A stretch of 63,199 nt of DNA, the filler included, from Perkinsus olseni (Eukaryota), in the NCBI GenBank assembly GCA_013115125.1. It is 48 parts of 48 records of this genome, joined end to end, with 100 filler letters (N's around TTAATTAATTAA, not from the genome) between each part and the next. Parts side by side here need not be neighbours in the genome. Positions count along the whole stretch, not along the records: positions 60,719 to 61,909 come from JABANN010002051.1; positions 62,010 to 63,199 come from JABANN010002052.1; 46 more parts are not named here. One strand, 5' to 3'. A program made the translations under genes and the position numbers. This document shows positions 61,464-63,199 of the stretch, one piece after another (the first letter of the stretch is position 1; each line of letters opens with the position of its first letter). The notes beneath the pieces are model-generated. The model searched no databases and was not told the DNA's origin. It saw only the letters and a program-made list of their open reading frames with translations.

Positions 61464-62009
61464 AGTGACAGTCCTCGTTTTCTTACAATTTATTAACAAT
61501 TCACCGTTAAGTTTTTTTCCATATTTATGATTTTTATGAAGCACATGTTTGAAACTGGATGATGATGTTGTTGTTGTTGTTGTTGTTGTGCGTAGCTGCG
61601 ATGGTGCTTAGTCTGGTCAGACGAGATGTTTTCTTCGCGGAGTTATCGATCACCCTTCCCGCTGCCCTTCCCTCTGCTTCCTCGCGACCGTGGTGTCTTG
61701 AAAGTGAAATTTCTGATGCTCTGGAATTTTTCATTGTGACATCACTTTTTGCTTACATACTTCTGTCGATTCTCTCGCAACCGCAGTGCACTCTCTCGAT
61801 GCTTCACTTGCGACAAACACGATATCTCGTTTTTACCGAGTAAATGATTGAAACGGTCACACTGTCTTGAAATCGATTAGTAACAGTAATGACAACAACA
61901 GCGTACAACNNNNNNNNNNNNNNNNNNNNNNNNNNNNNNNNNNNNNNNNNNNNTTAATTAATTAANNNNNNNNNNNNNNNNNNNNNNNNNNNNNNNNNNN
62001 NNNNNNNNN

Positions 62010-62077
62010 GCCCAGGCTCGCTGATGTGTCGCTTGCGCGACAGTTTATGGTTTTTGGCAAACCCGGCGCCTTACCAC
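62010..62077 (-). mobile_element. Left end of GTG...CTAG element (type B)
   Basis: Matches 47722-47787; junction gCTGG|GTGGTAAG inside RNase H. Confidence 0.85.
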
Positions 62078-63132
62078 CCAGCAACCATTTACTACCACTG
62101 GCTGTAGATGTTGTAGTCGACACGTGATTAACTTCAGAGACAGCGTGCACAACCCATGCCCCCCCTGTCGAAGAAGCATCTGCACAACACTCGAGTACAC
62201 TCGGTGGAGAGGAACCGACGGAGTGAGTACACGGTTCTTGTAGCAAACCATTTAGACGTTGAAGACAATTCACTACCACCTCAGACTCTTTAACAGTTAG
62301 CGGTAAAGGATCATCCCACTTCGATGATTTACTACCTGCGATCCTTCGCAGCAGATCACCCAAGGCTCTAGTCTCAGCATGCTGATAGAGCGGGTCAGAG
62401 CCAGTACTCGCACAACCAGCTGCAGCAAATATCGCGCGCTTAGACCACGTAGTAACATTTAACAAATTCGAAGGGAAAGAAGACTTCTTGCAACGTAACA
62501 CCAGCTGACCATGATCAATTTGCCAAAGCAGACCCAAGTGCTTGAAAGATTCACCTTCTGCTAAGCGAGCTGTGTTACGTTCAATCTGGGGAAACTCGAA
62601 ATGAGTCCCCCTATACGTTCTATTTGTTCAATAAAACGCGAGACAACATCTGAATAATCACCCCAACATAGTATTGAGAGATCATCGAGATAAACGTATA
62701 CCAGAGAATGGCCTCGTAGGCAGCACTGATCTTGCGGTGATAGAGCAGCAAACGCTTTCTGCAGCAAGTAGTCACTCAGGCATATGAACAACCCACATGG
62801 GCCTACATTGAGGCCGAATACAAGCCGCGAACAGGAAAACGTTTGGTTATTGGACTTCAAAGTCAATGGTCGAGAAGTATGGAGGCGGTAAAACGCCTGA
62901 GCCCCGTCAAGCGTAATCAGCCTACACTTCTCTTCACTACGCCAGTTCAATCGTATCGACTGAAGAATCTGGGAACAAGTAGGGCCGCTATAACTAGCAT
63001 TCGGCAATGATTGGTTTTCCCGGCGAGCATCTACAACAGGCCTACACGGGGTACTTCGACCCGGTGAAGGGAGGGGAAACACTAGAAGTCCAGGACCCAT
63101 ATCATTACCACTTTTTAGACCTTCACTGCTAG
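62078..63132 (-). pseudogene. Divergent LTR pol (RT + start of RNase H), frameshifted
   Basis: RPVVDAR..N, LDGAQAF, RLVFGL..GP, YLDD, KHLG, ADASSTGG; frame changes at the C5/G5 run 62607-62611. Confidence 0.85.
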
Positions 63133-63199
63133 GTGGACGGAGGCCTCGCTCTATGCGGGGTACCTCACAAATGTAGCGGCCCGAGCGGGGAAGGACCCG
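63133..63199 (+). mobile_element. Left end of GTG...CTAG element (type C)
   Basis: gCTAG|GTGGACGG; hairpin GAGG-CCTCGC-TCTAT-GCGGGG-TA-CCTC. Confidence 0.85.

Noticed and set aside
1254-62009. Regularly spaced TTAATTAATTAA as a repeat or CRISPR-like array, and ORFs ending in XXX..LIN
   Set aside because: Synthetic six-frame-stop linker inside N runs; adjacency across linkers has no biological meaning

Overview
This is not contiguous DNA. It is 48 short contigs, sorted by decreasing length from about 1,250 to 1,190 bp, joined by 47 artificial 100-nt spacers (N44-TTAATTAATTAA-N44), so it looks like a bin of unplaced contigs. The content is eukaryotic: 50-100 nt GT-AG introns, LTR, DIRS and LINE retrotransposons, and two eukaryotic-type tRNAs. 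The gene-family mix suggests a Perkinsus-like alveolate (inference). About 20 contigs are retroelement fragments (Ty3/Gypsy, a divergent BEL/Pao-like clade, DIRS/Ngaro, LINE). The rest include partial host genes (PGM2, CDF, ALMT/FUSC and sugar transporters, ZNFX1-like, MDR oxidoreductase, TUTase-like, aspartyl protease, GNAT), tRNA-Arg(ACG), tRNA-Leu(CAA) and (GTT)n runs. The main finding is a family of mobile elements without terminal inverted repeats, seen at 13 junctions. Left ends start GTG, right ends finish SCTAG, the ends carry subterminal hairpins, and insertion is at NCTNG^NT with no evident target duplication. One apparently complete 1,082-bp non-coding copy (26787-27868) carries degenerate tRNA-like units and sits head-to-tail between two relatives. 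This points to HUH (rolling-circle) or recombinase-type mobility, and the GT...AG termini are intron-like. No transposase for it is visible in this window.
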